Positions 1 to 12,653 of a DNA stretch of 64,000 nucleotides are shown one piece after another. The position numbers and the translations under genes were made by a program. Every line of letters begins with the position of its first letter. Positions within the stretch are counted from its first letter, which is position 1. The stretch lies in the NCBI GenBank assembly GCA_951406725.2, contig OX597815.1:124001-188000 (forward strand), read 5' to 3'. Origin of the DNA: Octopus vulgaris. Its lineage: Eukaryota. A model generated the notes under the pieces. It ran no database searches, was not told the DNA's origin, and worked only from the letters and a program-made list of their open reading frames with translations.

Positions 1-124
1 TGTAATTTAAAGGATGAAAAATTTAGATATTTTCCTAAATCTCTTCAGAATTTTTCATTATTTTCTAAATGAATTAAAACATAGAGCCTGTTTTTAATTA
101 GGAATATAGTTATGGAAGGGTTAA
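1..124. mobile_element. Right end of a piggyBac-type MITE (partial)
   Basis: Ends ...GAAGGG-TTAA; resembles the right end of the TTAA-flanked element at 59806-60096. Confidence 0.45.
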
Positions 125-179
125 TGCATGTCTTATAGATTCCAGGAGAAACATTATTTATTTTTCTTTCCATTTTCAG

Positions 180-265
180 TTTGAGTCATCTGATGACTTG
201 TTATAGAATCTGATTTGCTCTCAGTGACGTTTCCACCAAAACTGGACCAGATTAATATCATTGAG
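180..265 (+). other. Candidate non-coding exon
   Basis: Polypyrimidine tract plus TTTTCAG acceptor ending 179; GAG|GTAAGA donor at 266; stops in all three frames. Confidence 0.3.
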
Positions 266-271
266 GTAAGA

Positions 272-500
272 TTAATCCTTTAGCAGTTGGATTACTCTGT
301 CAAATGTAATGCTTATTTATACACATTGTTTGGAATTAATCAGACCTGATCTTATAGCTTTGAGATTTCAATGATGTGATTGTTTATTATTAGAATGACA
401 TTGTAGGGTAAGTGTAAGAGGCTTAATCTGGCCAGGTTGAACATAAACAGAGGTCAGATATTTGGGTCAAATATGCCCTATTTAAATGCTAAAGGGTTAA
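272..500. mobile_element. piggyBac-type MITE
   Basis: TTAA-TCCTTTAGCA...TGCTAAAGGG-TTAA terminal inverted repeats with TTAA TSD; second copy at 26211-26420. Confidence 0.8.
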
Positions 501-982
501 TATTTTCATTAATTTCCTCATACCTATAGGATGGTTTAAATGTTAATGAGTTGCAAGTTAATGAAACACTCATTTTTGTGTGCACTGATATAAGGCTGAG
601 CTACACTTACCCATTGTGCTTATTGCATACATGGCTTATTTCACTGATTTGTTGACAATAGGTACCCAGTCAGTTGAGTGTGTTACCTCAGGTAAATTGG
701 TCTCTTAGCTAAGGAATATTTTTCCTTCGTTTGTTTAAATGGATTAAAAAATTAGAATTAATTGAAAGCTCCTTCATGATCAAAAGACATCTTCTATGTC
801 TATGTCCTGGTTGAATTAGGATTAAAAGTATCTTCATCAAGGAGATGGTGTAATGGTGATGAACACAAACCATCAAACAGGTTCAGCTTGGTAACAGTTG
901 CTCTTTTAACACTACAGTAGGATGGCTGCACTAGTCTGAAGCAGTTCCAGAAGTTTTTTTAATACTTTCTCAAGATCTAGAG

Positions 983-1293
983 CAGTGACTCTCAACCATA
1001 TGAACTCCTTTGATTTCTATTTTATTCTGGTGGGCCCCCATAACCATTTAATGTTTAAAATCATGTTTCATAAATACTTCTTTCAAAATTACTATTTTTT
1101 TTTTCACACATTAACTTGTGTAGGTAAAGCTATGTAAAACATTTAAGAAAGAAATTTAGCTGTTTCTTGCAATAAACACATCCGATTCAAAACTTTTTGA
1201 TGGACCCTTAATATACTATTGTAGGTTCCCAATTTACTATCTTGCTTGAGTGGACCTCCAAAAATCATATATGAACCCAGTTGAAAACCACTG
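983..1293. mobile_element. hAT (Charlie-like) MITE
   Basis: TIRs CAGTGACTCTCAAC / GTTGAAAACCACTG; 8-bp TSD ATCTAGAG (975-982) / ATCTTGAG (1294-1301). Confidence 0.8.
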
Positions 1294-1544
1294 ATCTTGA
1301 GAAAGACTTTAGTCTAGCAAGCTCTGCAGGCTAGGAAAACTCCAATAAATTATAAAGTGCTTCGAGTGTTTAAGAGTGAACTATAATTATTTACAATTAG
1401 ATTGGAGTTTTGTGTGTTAAAGCCAACAGAATAGTCTTGGGGATGTAATACCGAATGGTATCAATTAGCTGTATGTTTTAGTTGAAATGAAAAATGTCTA
1501 TGAGCTAGGAGCAAATGAGCAGATTACAGGCCAACAACAGAGTT

Positions 1545-1705
1545 TCTATGTAGTCACTGGAACTGCCAGAAACAACAGCATAAACTGTCTCAAATTACAC
1601 TGTATCATCTTTAAGGACACACAATATCTAAAAGAAGGTTAGAATGGTCATGGATCATCATGGAATGATCATATGATCATCTTTAATCATAGGTCTGGCC
1701 TAAAG
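1545..1705 (+). repeat. Dispersed repeat 'family D' fragment
   Basis: Similar to 7316-7495, 31865-32032 and 45400-45550 (motifs CTAGAAATAGCAGCCAAATCTC, GATGGTCATGGCTGGAATG, TTTGATCATAGGTCTG). Confidence 0.5.
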
Positions 1706-1709
1706 AGGA

Positions 1710-2073
1710 ATCAGATGTGGTATGCAGGAAAGAGGACTGCATTGTTATGAACTTGTGGTGCATATGGATGAAGACAGCCAATTGCTTAACATAATCAAAT
1801 GGAAATTGTAGTTGTGGCCATTACCAGTGCTGGTGGCACATGATAAGCACCATTCATTCATGCGTGGGTCACTGCCTGACTGGCTCCCTGTGCCAGGGGT
1901 ACGTAAAAAGTACCCACTACACTCTTGGAGTGGTTGGCATTAGGAAAGGCATCCAGCTGTAGAAACATTGCCAGATCAAGATTGGAGCCTGTGCAGCCTC
2001 CTGGCTTTCCAGTCTCCAATCAAACCATCCAAACCATGCCAGCATGGAAAGCGGACATTAAACGATGATGATG
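1710..2073 (+). mobile_element. RTE-clade LINE 3' fragment (ORF remnant, 3' UTR, (GAT)n tail)
   Basis: IRCGMQERGL..HMDEDS remnant, then GTTGGCATTAGGAAAGGCATCCAGCTG...GCGGACATTAAACGATGATGATG. Confidence 0.8.
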
Positions 2074-2208
2074 GATAGAGTTTGTGAATGAGGAATACAC
2101 AAAAAGACACAAAATGAAATTTTGGAGATGACAAAAGATTGGGATGACTGGTGATATGTGGTGCATGAGAAAACCCATCCATCTTGGTGAAACTGAGATT
2201 TTGGAAGC

Positions 2209-2243
<35 letters not shown>

Positions 2244-2560
2244 TCACATACATAACTGGGCCACTTGTGAAATTTCTATGTCAAATCATCTCCACAAATT
2301 TTTCATCTCACTATCTCTAATCCCTCCATTACGTGCCGAACTTCAATGTTCTGCTACTGTAATTAAATTAGGGTAGAATTAAATATTTCATCATCTTCTT
2401 TTTCTGTGATACCTTCTGTTACCACTCTCACCTTATATTTCTTCACATCCATCTTTTATTCTTAACATTGTCTCTCTCCACTCATATCTTACTTTGATCA
2501 CCCTTCTATGCTACTAAATTATCTGTTCCTCTCCACCACCAAATAAGCTCACTAGTGTTC

Positions 2561-2855
2561 CTCATCATCATCATCATTGTTTAACGTCTGTTTTCCGTGC
2601 TAGCACAGGTTGGTCTGTTCGACCGGGGTCTGGGAAGCCAGGGGCTGCACCAGGCTCCAGTCTGATCTGGCAGAGTTTCTACAGCTGGATGCCCTTCCTA
2701 ATGCCAACCACTCCGCGAGTGTAGTGGGTGCTTTTTACGTGCCACCTGCACAGGTGCCAGGGGGGTCTGGCATTGGCCACGATTGGTTGGAGCTTTTTAT
2801 GTGGAAGCCAGCCAAGGCGGCGCTGGCAACGGCCATGTTCGGATGGTGTTTTTTG
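2561..2855 (-). mobile_element. RTE 3'-UTR/tail copy
   Basis: (CAT)n-TGTTTAACGTC...GGATGCCCTTCCTAATGCCAACC...GGTGCTTTTTACGTGCC, reverse complement of the RTE tail. Confidence 0.85.
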
Positions 2856-5035
2856 AATTGTGGTAAAATTCTTTTACACAATGTTTTATGTTAAATTGAC
2901 TTTTAGTCTAAAATCTTTGCGGTGAAGATATTCTTTTTAACTACTTATCATGTTTCGTTTTTGGATTTGGTTTGCAAGATTCTTTATGTGAATTCGTGTG
3001 TTGAAGCATATTTTGTTGTGTCTGGGGAGAATCATGACTCTCTGTTGCCATCCAATTCTATTATTATGAATTTGAATTGGAAGCTTGAGCCAGAGTGAAT
3101 CTTTCATTAGCTGATTACACACAGCCATGGACCCCCCCCCCGTCCCCAATGAATGTGTTGCAGTTACTCTTTTGATAAAGCTTGGGGATCCGGACCATTG
3201 ATCTTCTGGGATTCCTCCACTCAGCATCAATCTAAGAAACACCATTGGCTCAGTTGAGCTTTTCTGCTTCCCTAGCAAAAGGGTGGCCAAACGGGTGATA
3301 CACCTTGTCAAAATCAACTCATAACTATGCAGGGTACGGTTGTCATTCTGTGAGGTGTTTTCAAAATACCCGCATACCCAAGAATTAGCATTATGTTAAT
3401 TAACTTAATTAATTCAATTGTAAATTTAATTGATGAGTGTGAATTCACTTTGTCAGCAGACTATGAATATTGTTTTCCTTTTATCAGGAAAGATTCATGT
3501 AGAAAGATTATAAGATTTCTTTTATGTTGTTTGGCCATTTGTCAACAACGAATAAGAACCAAATGAAAGCCAATCTATTTGCAGACTTTCACAATTTAAT
3601 TTCTGTGCTCAGAGATATTTGCTTATTCTGTTGCTGTTAGTTTGTCTTCAATAGTTTAAGGTGATCGAACTCAGTGGAATTAACTATTTTGGTCAGATTT
3701 AGTTGTTTTGATTCAGTACAAAATTAATTGTTATTGGAGGAGAAGAATATATTTAATTGTATTGACACTAATCTAGAGAAGCTGAGGTTTTGTGACTCTT
3801 TTTTTTACCTGAATGAGAGAGAGAGAGGGGGGGAGAGACAGGGAAATTGATATTAAATGAAAAGTTAGGTAATACAGGAAGAGGATGAAAGGGAGAATAA
3901 TCAACACCAACAATTTGAACTGTAGAGGGAAAAGTTTATCTAAGAATGTAGGGGATTGAGAGTATATATTATAAATTATTTTAGTCCCTTGCTCAGCCAT
4001 TCCAGTTATAAGATATAAACTAATAATTCTCAACTCAAGACCCTCATCTCTTACTATCACCACCCTTCCTCCAACCACCCTTTACTACCACTCATCCTCC
4101 CACCACCTGATTCATTTTTGCTTGTATGTAGACGTAGTCCTGTGAGGCCTATAAAATATTTAGTAGAGCTTTTGAGGTTTGCAATATTATAGGCTTCATC
4201 TCCTCATGATACCTATTTAGAGTTAAGTAACTGAGCCAGTGATGGTTCATTGGTCATTGATACTTCGGACTACTGCTGACACTCAACAACTTGTGTTGCC
4301 CTTGGCAAACAGTTATATTTTGTGTCAATTTAGGCTCATTATCATTTAATGTCTGTCTTTCAGGTTATTCAATTGAAATACTTTATAGTTGGTCCAAGCT
4401 TAGTATTATCCTATGCTTTGATACTGGTTTAACAAGAACAGTTTTATACTCCAGCTCCATTTAATTAGAATTAATGATAATTTGGTTAGAATTTTGTGTT
4501 AAGCCATAATGAGAAAATCTGACTGACAAAAATGCCTTTTTTTTTATAAACAAATTTAGAAATGTAGATGAGTAAACTCACAAAAGTTGTACATTTGAAT
4601 AAGTTAAAAATATTCAATTCAGACGATGTGTTTAAGAAAATGTTATGCAATCAGGATTTTGCTAAAGGTATATTTTTGGGTTTGGGATAATGCCAATATG
4701 CCTTGAGTTTAACCTGTAACAAGTATAAAACAATAAATTGAAGTCACAATTTACCTACACAGTCATGCCTGCACTTATACTCCTTTTGTGTTAGTACACT
4801 GCTCTCAGTCAAACGGTGTTTGATATGGTTGTCTTCTTTCCTGCAGATTCTACATTTGCTGTTTGACTGAGTTTTCTTAATCTTTGCTTTTATCAGATTT
4901 GTTCTAATGGTTTGTTTCTGAATAGTTATAATTAGTGTTTTGAGCTCTCATTTCTGTCAGCCAGAGACAGTGTTGTTGTTGTTGTTGTTGCTGCTGCATA
5001 TATCAAATAGTTTTGGGCCACTAGAAATCATTATT

Positions 5036-5417
5036 TTATTTACTCTTTTACTTGTTTCATTTGACTGCGGCTATGCTGGAGAACTGCCTTTAGTTGAGCA
5101 AATCGACCCCAGGACTTACTCATTGTAAGCCTAGTACTGATTCTAGCGGTCTCTTTTTGCCGAACCACTAAGTTACGGGGTATGTAAACACACACCATCT
5201 GTTGTCAAGAGATGTTGGGGGGACAAACATAGACACACAAACATATACACACACATACATATATATACATATATACGATGGGTTTCTTTCAGTTTCTGTT
5301 TACCGAATCCACTCACAAGGCTTTGGTCGACCCAAGGCTATAGTAGAAGACGCTTGCCTAAAGTGCCACACAGTGGGAATGAACCCGAAACCATGTGGTT
5401 GGTAAGCAAGCTACTTG
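5036..5417 (-). mobile_element. tRNA-derived SINE 'family B' (OK-like)
   Basis: Reverse complement of 15097-15497: head, internal (TA/TG)n, CCAGCATAGCCGCAGTC tail. Confidence 0.8.
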
Positions 5418-7315
5418 TATGTATTAAAAATAATTGATGAAAATATGTTCTCTCTCAAATTGTTGTTTTATCCTCAAGTATAAATGTAGCAGCCACTGGT
5501 TCTAGAATCCAGAAATTATGACCTAAATATCAATGTTTTTAAGGAGACAACGGGTTTGTTATCCAGCTTCTTCAACTTGTGCTAAGCAGTATGTTTTTTT
5601 GATACAAAGATACTTTTTTTTAAAAGGAAAATACTTTTGTCAAGTAGAGCTATATTTCAGTCACTTGAAACAAATTTTATATCTGCTTGGTTTTAATAAT
5701 TTTTATAAATATTTATAAAATATGAAAAAAAAATTGCAACAAACATTTTCTGAGAGTAACAAAAAGGAACTGATATAAACAGTCAACTCTTTTGAAGACT
5801 TTCTTGTAGTGATTGCAGCTATAATAGTAGTGATAGTAATTGTTGTGGTCATGTTGGTGAGAGCATTAGTAAGAAAATGGCAACTTGTTTTATTTTTATT
5901 TAAGCCTCATCCTCCTCCTTATTGGAAATGGTCTAATATCATCTCTGTTCCAAGATGAATGGAACAGCTCCACACATCACCATGTTTTTCTTCAAGAAGC
6001 TGCAGCCAAGATATATTTCACTAGACTATGTCATTAATTTTGGTTGGTCCCTAATTCCATGTTGTGTATCTCTGCCAATGATGTTGATGTAGTTGAGTGG
6101 TCATCATTCTTTGTTGGTGTGGGGATAGCTCAAAAATATAATATCCAATATGGTCTGTTGTTCAGCACAAGAGCATTGGCCAGCAAAGCTTTCTTTGCAT
6201 TGAGTAACAATAGCAGAAATGGGTAGAGTATGTCCATAGATCTCTCTGGTCTTGTGCCCACACCATAAGATGTTTTAAACCCTCACAAAAAGCCTGGGGT
6301 ACATAACAATCATTGAGGATGACAACACCTGCCAACATGCCCCAATTATGGCACACAAACAGGTTAGCAAAGGGTTGCATCTCTTTCCTTTAATTTCACC
6401 CCTACATTCCTGGAGTTGTCTGGGGTGGGGTTTCAAGGAAGTTAGTCACTTCAAGAAGAGGTAGTGCCCTATTGGTCTTATCAGCATTACTTGTGTATCC
6501 CAGTGTCCTTCTCTTATCATAGGCTACAACAGTATCTAGAGGGGTTTCACTACACTTTCTTGTTTTCACAGTATTCCTGCATTCATTGAAGACTTACTGA
6601 ACTTTAGAATCTGTAATAAGTTTAATCCTTTCACTTTAACCACGTCTACCGAGAGTCTCTTTATAATATCCTGCATTATTATTGAATATTCTTTGATTAG
6701 CAGAAAGGTGGGATACTTTAATTGATAGCTTTCTGACTCATCAGTAATGGATCTGATATAATTCTAAATCTCTGGATGTAGGGGAGACTCTGGTTTGGTT
6801 TGTGGTAGGGTTAATGATAATACAGTTTGGAGTCTAGGTTCAATGGTAACATCTAAACAAGTTAGCTTTTTTTGTTACTCTTTTTGAAGGAGAGAGATAG
6901 GTTCAAGCTTCTAAAGAAGGAGTAGACATATTTTCTCAGCTTTCTAATTCAGCAGAACATCATTCCCATGTTTCCTCCTGGAAAGAGATAAGCATTCTCC
7001 CGAGCTAAAACAATAGTCTCCATCCTGTCTTTGGTCATATTTGTGCTCTTCATGACCTTGTTTAGTAAAAATCAAGGAAACAGATAGGTAGTAGTTATCT
7101 CTGTCAAATTGCACAAATGAAGTTCAGTCTTTATTATTGAGGTTCTCAAATCAATGGACAGCCTCACCAGTGTATTTCTACAGTTGTGTATATGTACACA
7201 TGTGTTTGTGTATATGTATCTGTTTGTCATTCTGTCTGTCTGTCTGTCTATTTATATTGGTGATGCAAGTGTGTTTATGAGTAGATATGCGAACTAATGA
7301 CAGAGCCGCTATATG

Positions 7316-7495
7316 CTTGATCTGTCAGAAATAGCCAAATCTCTCTCAAATTATACCATACTATCTTAAAGCAGAAAGGCCACATTGGATAAGGTAGTTC
7401 TTGCTATATAAATAATGGGATGGTTACAGCTGAAATGTCTTTGATCAAAGTTCTTCTTAGTCAGGGCTGTCTTGCTACTAAACAACTATAACAGG
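7316..7495 (+). repeat. Dispersed repeat 'family D' with (AAC)-like tail
   Basis: Shared motifs with 31865-32032; ends CTAAACAACTATAAC. Confidence 0.55.
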
Positions 7496-8074
7496 ACTAA
7501 GTTGGTATTTATTTTCAGTCAACTAAGTATTATTCCTTGACTGAAGGTAACACTAGAATGACTGTAACGCAGTTGCAGCTCACCATTATCATTGGGCATT
7601 AATCACTGAGCTTTCTTCTCTATTTATTTCCTCTTATTATATTTACCAAAATGAGCCATTGACTCATGAATGTCTGTCAAATACAAATAAAAGGATTTTT
7701 TCTTTTCTGAGACCACTTCCATTAAAATCAGACTTTCTTAAAATTTTACTTTCATTTTACAGACATTTCTATATTTTTCTCTTTCTTTTTTTTCTAAATT
7801 TCAATTTTTGGTTTTAAGACAGAGGCAGCCTAAAATATATATCTATTATTGGGCATGATGCATCCAGAGGACGACCTTTGACATCGGTCAGATTGTTAGG
7901 CAAAATAACTTAGAGTATGGTATTTGAATCAATTATGACTGCTGCATCATATTATATCTGTTATAAATTCACTTAACTTTCTGCCTTGGTTTCCAAGATT
8001 CTCCAGAGAATCTCATGGTCAGTGACTATATTGTCATCACCATCATCATATATAGACACTATTTCCTTTTCTAA

Positions 8075-8350
8075 GGAGGCACATGGCCTAGTGGTTAGAG
8101 CAGCAGACTCATGGTCAAGGGATTGCAGGTTCGAATCTCAGACCAGGCAGTGTGTGTTTTTGAATGAAACACTTAAGCTCCACGTGGCTCCAGCAGAAGC
8201 TAATGGCAAACCTCTACTGACTCTTTCGCCACAACTTTCTCTCTCTTTCCTCCTGCATCTAGCAGCTCACCTGGAGAACCAATATGCCAATGAAACCAGG
8301 AAACTGGCCTTTATGTGCCAGACATGGCTCAAGAAGGAACAAACAACAAC
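8075..8350 (+). mobile_element. tRNA-derived SINE with (AAC)n tail
   Basis: A box TGGCCTAGTGG, B box GGTTCGAATCT, tail AACAAACAACAAC. Confidence 0.75.
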
Positions 8351-8388
8351 ACTTCTTTTTTCTGTTTTTCTTTTTTGAACAATTATTT

Positions 8389-8432
8389 GAATAATAATAA
8401 TAATCATAATCATAATAATAATAATAATAACA
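8389..8432 (+). repeat. (AAT)n microsatellite, Dong target site
   Basis: Direct reading; abuts the LINE 5' end. Confidence 0.95.
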
Positions 8433-8530
8433 ACACCGGGGACGTTAAACAGAGAACACCGGGGACGTTAAACGAGAGAACACTGGGGACGTTAAACGAG
8501 AGCACACTGGGGATGTTAAACATGTGAGAG
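8433..8530 (+). repeat. Four ~24-bp tandem monomers at the LINE 5' end
   Basis: ACACYGGGGACGTTAAACGAGAGA-type units starting 8433, 8456, 8480, 8504. Confidence 0.9.
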
Positions 8531-8727
8531 CGATAAAACAGTGCTCCGAAATCTATCCACAAACATCGAAGACAAAGACATCGTATGGAGCCAAAAATTT
8601 ACTAACAAAGGACTGGACTATATCCAAGTAAGTAATACTCATTGAAATTTATTACTATTTTCGAAACGAAATGATGTATTTTAACTCGATATCATCTCCA
8701 CCTCTAACACAACACATGTAAACATGC

Positions 8728-11700
8728 ATGGAACATTACAATCCATCAACACCAGATCATCCCCGACCCCAAACACCATGTACAAAAAAAACTATGAAGA
8801 AATTAAATAACACTGATATTATTCAACCTAAGAATAACAATCGGGAAGTACGTACTTTAAACTTGTTACGCAAAATGTACGAAAAACTACACGTGCAAAA
8901 CAATGTGACAACAGAAATGAACGGACCGGTACCCTACGAAAATGACGACCGTCAAAATAATGGACCGGACGTTGTTCCTCATGTCCCGCAAATAAAACCC
9001 AAAAGACATAAATGGACACGTGAGGATTACATTTCTATTCTACACGCATAATTCACAGCAGTGCTCTACCCAAAAAATGTAAACACAACACATACATATA
9101 AAATATGGAAGGAAAATAACATAAATATAGACTTGGGTACAGCAATGAATCCTAATAAACTAGCAAACGTACGAAGATACATTCTCAACGCAAAAAAAAT
9201 ATCAGAAATAGAAATAGAACATCTAAAAGAAAAAATACATCAGGAAAATGTAGATAGAAGCCACACAACAATGCCCAATAATATAAACACTGAAACAGTA
9301 AAACACGAAGACAAACATAACATTCCCAACAAACACAATGTAAACAAAAAACAACAAACCCAGACCATAAGGATGCATGATAATACACGACAAACAAACA
9401 TACGAACGTGAAAAAAAGTGACACAAATGTAAAAGCTGGAAACAACGAAGGGGAGCCTAATGATTATGATACTACAAAAAGTAGAATAATCAAAGAACTG
9501 AAAAACACAGATCTCAAGATGGACCACCAACCATACCTCCCAAAAATCAAAATAGACGAAACAACAACATCAATTATAAACAGCATAAACCTAGCCGTCA
9601 CGGAACTAATAGCCACTGAAACAAAAAGCGATATCACTGAGCTAAATGACTTAGTATACGCAGCAGCCACTGCAGCCACAAAAGAAGCTGGATACTCACT
9701 TAAACCCATCCAAACAGGAGTACCACCACCCAAACAAACCCTGTGGATAAATAACATCCCAAATAAAATACAAAAAATGAGAAAAGATCTGTCGATTCTT
9801 AATGAAATCAGTAGACAATCAACGCTACTGAGCAACAAAAAGAAAACAAAAATACTCCGCAAATACAACATCACAGAAAAAGATTTACCTGAGATAAAAG
9901 AAAAACTAAAGCAAGATATCCTTGCCAAAGCACAAAGGATCCGCCGGTTCGAGAATCACCAGAAAGTCCAACTCCAACCCCCAAAAGTTCTACCAAGAAC
10001 TTGGCAAAAATAAAATAGAAATCACTGCAGCACCAACGGCAGAAGAAGTGGAAGAATTCTGGAGAGAAATATGGTCAGCGAACGAACAACCAAAAAAAAA
10101 AGAAGTATTAAAACAACAAACTCAGCATCTGAGCAACATTGGACCCCCATAACAACTGAGGAGGTCACCCAGGCACTGCAAAGACTAAGCAACCAGAAGG
10201 TACCCGGGCATGACAAGATCCCCAACTTCTGGTTGAAATATCTAACAGGAATGCACAAAAAGCTGGCTGAAAACTTTAACAACATACTAGCAGAGCCAGA
10301 GACAATGCCAGATTGGCTCACGAAGGGGAAAACTATCTTAATTCCCAAATCAAATGAGACAGCAAAACCAGAAAACTACAGACCTATAACCTGTCTCCCT
10401 ACAATGTACAAGGCATTTACTGCAGTGATATCGCAAGGGTTGAACAAGCACCTGGACGAAAACAACCTGTTTCCAACAGAGCAGAAAGGATGCCGCAAGG
10501 GCTCATATGGCTGTAAAGATCAACTAATGATTAATAAAGCCATAACTGAAGACAGCCACAGAAAGAAGAAAGGCCTCAGTATGGCCTGGATCGACTAAAA
10601 AAAGGCGTTTGATAGCATCCCCCACACATGGATCCTCGAAACACTAGCCATTAACAAAGTAGTACCAACAATTATAAAATTCATAGGACACTCTATGAAT
10701 AAATGGCAAACAGCGCTACAGCTCCAAACAAAAGAGGGACTCATGAAAACCAAAGACATCCCCATTAGAAGAGGAATATTCCAGGGAAACATGCTCTCTC
10801 CACTCCTTTTCTGCTTGGCACTGTCACCTCTATCTGATATGCTAAATAGAACTGGATGCGGATATAAATGTTACGGCAAAACGATCAGCCACCTTTTATA
10901 TATGGATGACCTAAAACTATACGCTGCAAATGACAAACAGCTGGAAACACTATTAAAGACATTTCATGGATTTAGCAAAGAAATAGATATGAAATTTGGA
11001 TTAGAAAAATGTGCCAAAGTAACCCTGAAAAGAGGAAAACTAGTTAAGAGTAGCAACATCACACTAGATAAAACCAATGAAATAAAAGAATTAGACCAAA
11101 GCCAAACTTACAAATACTTAGGAATCCATGAACTAGATAAGACACAACACACACAAATGAAAGAGAAAATAAAAAAAGGATATTATAGACGAGCTAGATC
11201 AATACTAAAAACAGAGCTCAATGCTAAAAACAAGATAATAGGTATCAACACTTTAGCTGTCCCAGTTATAAGTTACAGCTACAATATCCTTAACTGGACA
11301 CTAAATGAGCTGACCAAAATAGATAGGAAAACAAGAAAAATAATGACAGGATCTAGGATGCATCACCCAAAATCTGACATAGAAAGACTATATATACAAC
11401 GTATAGAAGGTGGTAGAGGCCTTATACAGCTGGAAAACTACTATAAAATAACCACCATAGGACTGCAAAAATATCTACTTCAGAAGTAAGGAAAACTGAT
11501 ACAAATAGCGGCAAAACACAAGCAAAACAAAAACTGTTCTCAGTATTTAAGGAAGCTGACAAATACAAACAAGAAATCATACCACCTAACAAATATGAAG
11601 AAGAAGATGAAGAAACAACAAAAGCTATAAAACAAATGAAATCCAAACTAAAACTAGAACAGCAAAAAACCATGGTAAAGTGATGGCAAGAAAAGCCCCT

Positions 11701-12492
11701 TCATGGTAAATACTGGACTAAACTAAATGCAAAAGAAATAGACAAAGAAAAATCCCAGCAATGGTTGAGAAGCTCAGGACTCAAAGCAGAGACAGAGGGA
11801 TTTTTAATTGCAGTGCAAGACCAAAGCCTCCCCACCAGAAATTACCAAAAACATGTAATGAAAAGAAATATAACAAGTAAGTACAGAATATGTGGAGATG
11901 GACTAGAAACAATAGATCATATTATCTCTGGCTGCCCAGTCCTGGCTAAGAAGGAATATATTCACAGACACGACAGAGTTGGAACCTACATACACTGGAA
12001 GCTATGCCAACATTATGGAATAACAACAGAAAAAAGATGGTATAGGCACACACCAGAAAAGGTCACAGAAAACGAGAAAGCAACCATCCTCGTCGCTATT
12101 TAAAGATTACTATTCCTCCGTGGTGTTTTGCATTCATAATGCCAATACACACAGATAGAGAAATTAAGGCCAACAGACCAGATATAGTTGTTAGAGATCA
12201 TGAAGAAAAATAATGTTTTCTAATTGATGTATCAATACCAGCAGATGACAACGTGTCTCTAAAAGAGATGGAGAAACTTTCAAAATACAAAGACCTGGAA
12301 ATAGAGGTAACCAGAATGTGGAATCTAAAAACAGAAACAATTCCTATCTTAGTAGGTGCATTAGGCATGATAAAAAAATATTCAGACAAATACATAACAA
12401 AAACACCAGGACTTACAAACACATATAACATACAGAAAATTGCACTACTAGGCACTGCACACATCCTACGCAGAACACTTTCCATACAATAA
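8728..12492 (+). pseudogene. Disrupted Dong/R4 polyprotein (Myb-like N-terminus, RT, CCHC, PD-(D/E)xK endonuclease)
   Basis: RHKWTREDY; YRPITCLPTMYK; AWID*KKAFDSIPH; GIFQGNMLSPLLF; YMDDLK; YKYLG; RICGDGLETIDHIISGC; RHD; RPDIV..IDVSIP..KYKDL; several stops and frameshifts. Confidence 0.9.
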
Positions 12493-12653
12493 CCATCAGA
12501 GCATCACAACAAATCACAGCACATACCCAAGGCACACAGAGCTGCGCTCGGTAGTGAAGTGAAAGCACGCTATAAAAATAAAACTACTGAATAATAATAA
12601 TAAGGCTGACGATATGTGCATCTCTGATCACGAGCAGAAGTAGTGGGGGAGCA

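Larger units (their letters stand above)
8433..12603 (+). mobile_element. Near-full-length R4/Dong-clade non-LTR retrotransposon
   Basis: Flanked by (AAT)n on both sides; one disrupted ORF with RT and C-terminal restriction-like endonuclease; ~100-nt 3' UTR ending in (AAT)n. Confidence 0.9.

Noticed and set aside
2937-3317. 126-aa minus-strand ORF
   Set aside because: No recognisable domain or splice structure; non-ATG start.
3326-3376. miRNA-like hairpin TATGCAGGGTA..TACCCGCATA
   Set aside because: Only about 10 bp paired, with a poorly paired interior.
6044-6380. Short ORFs in a possible old retroelement remnant
   Set aside because: No diagnostic motif could be identified.
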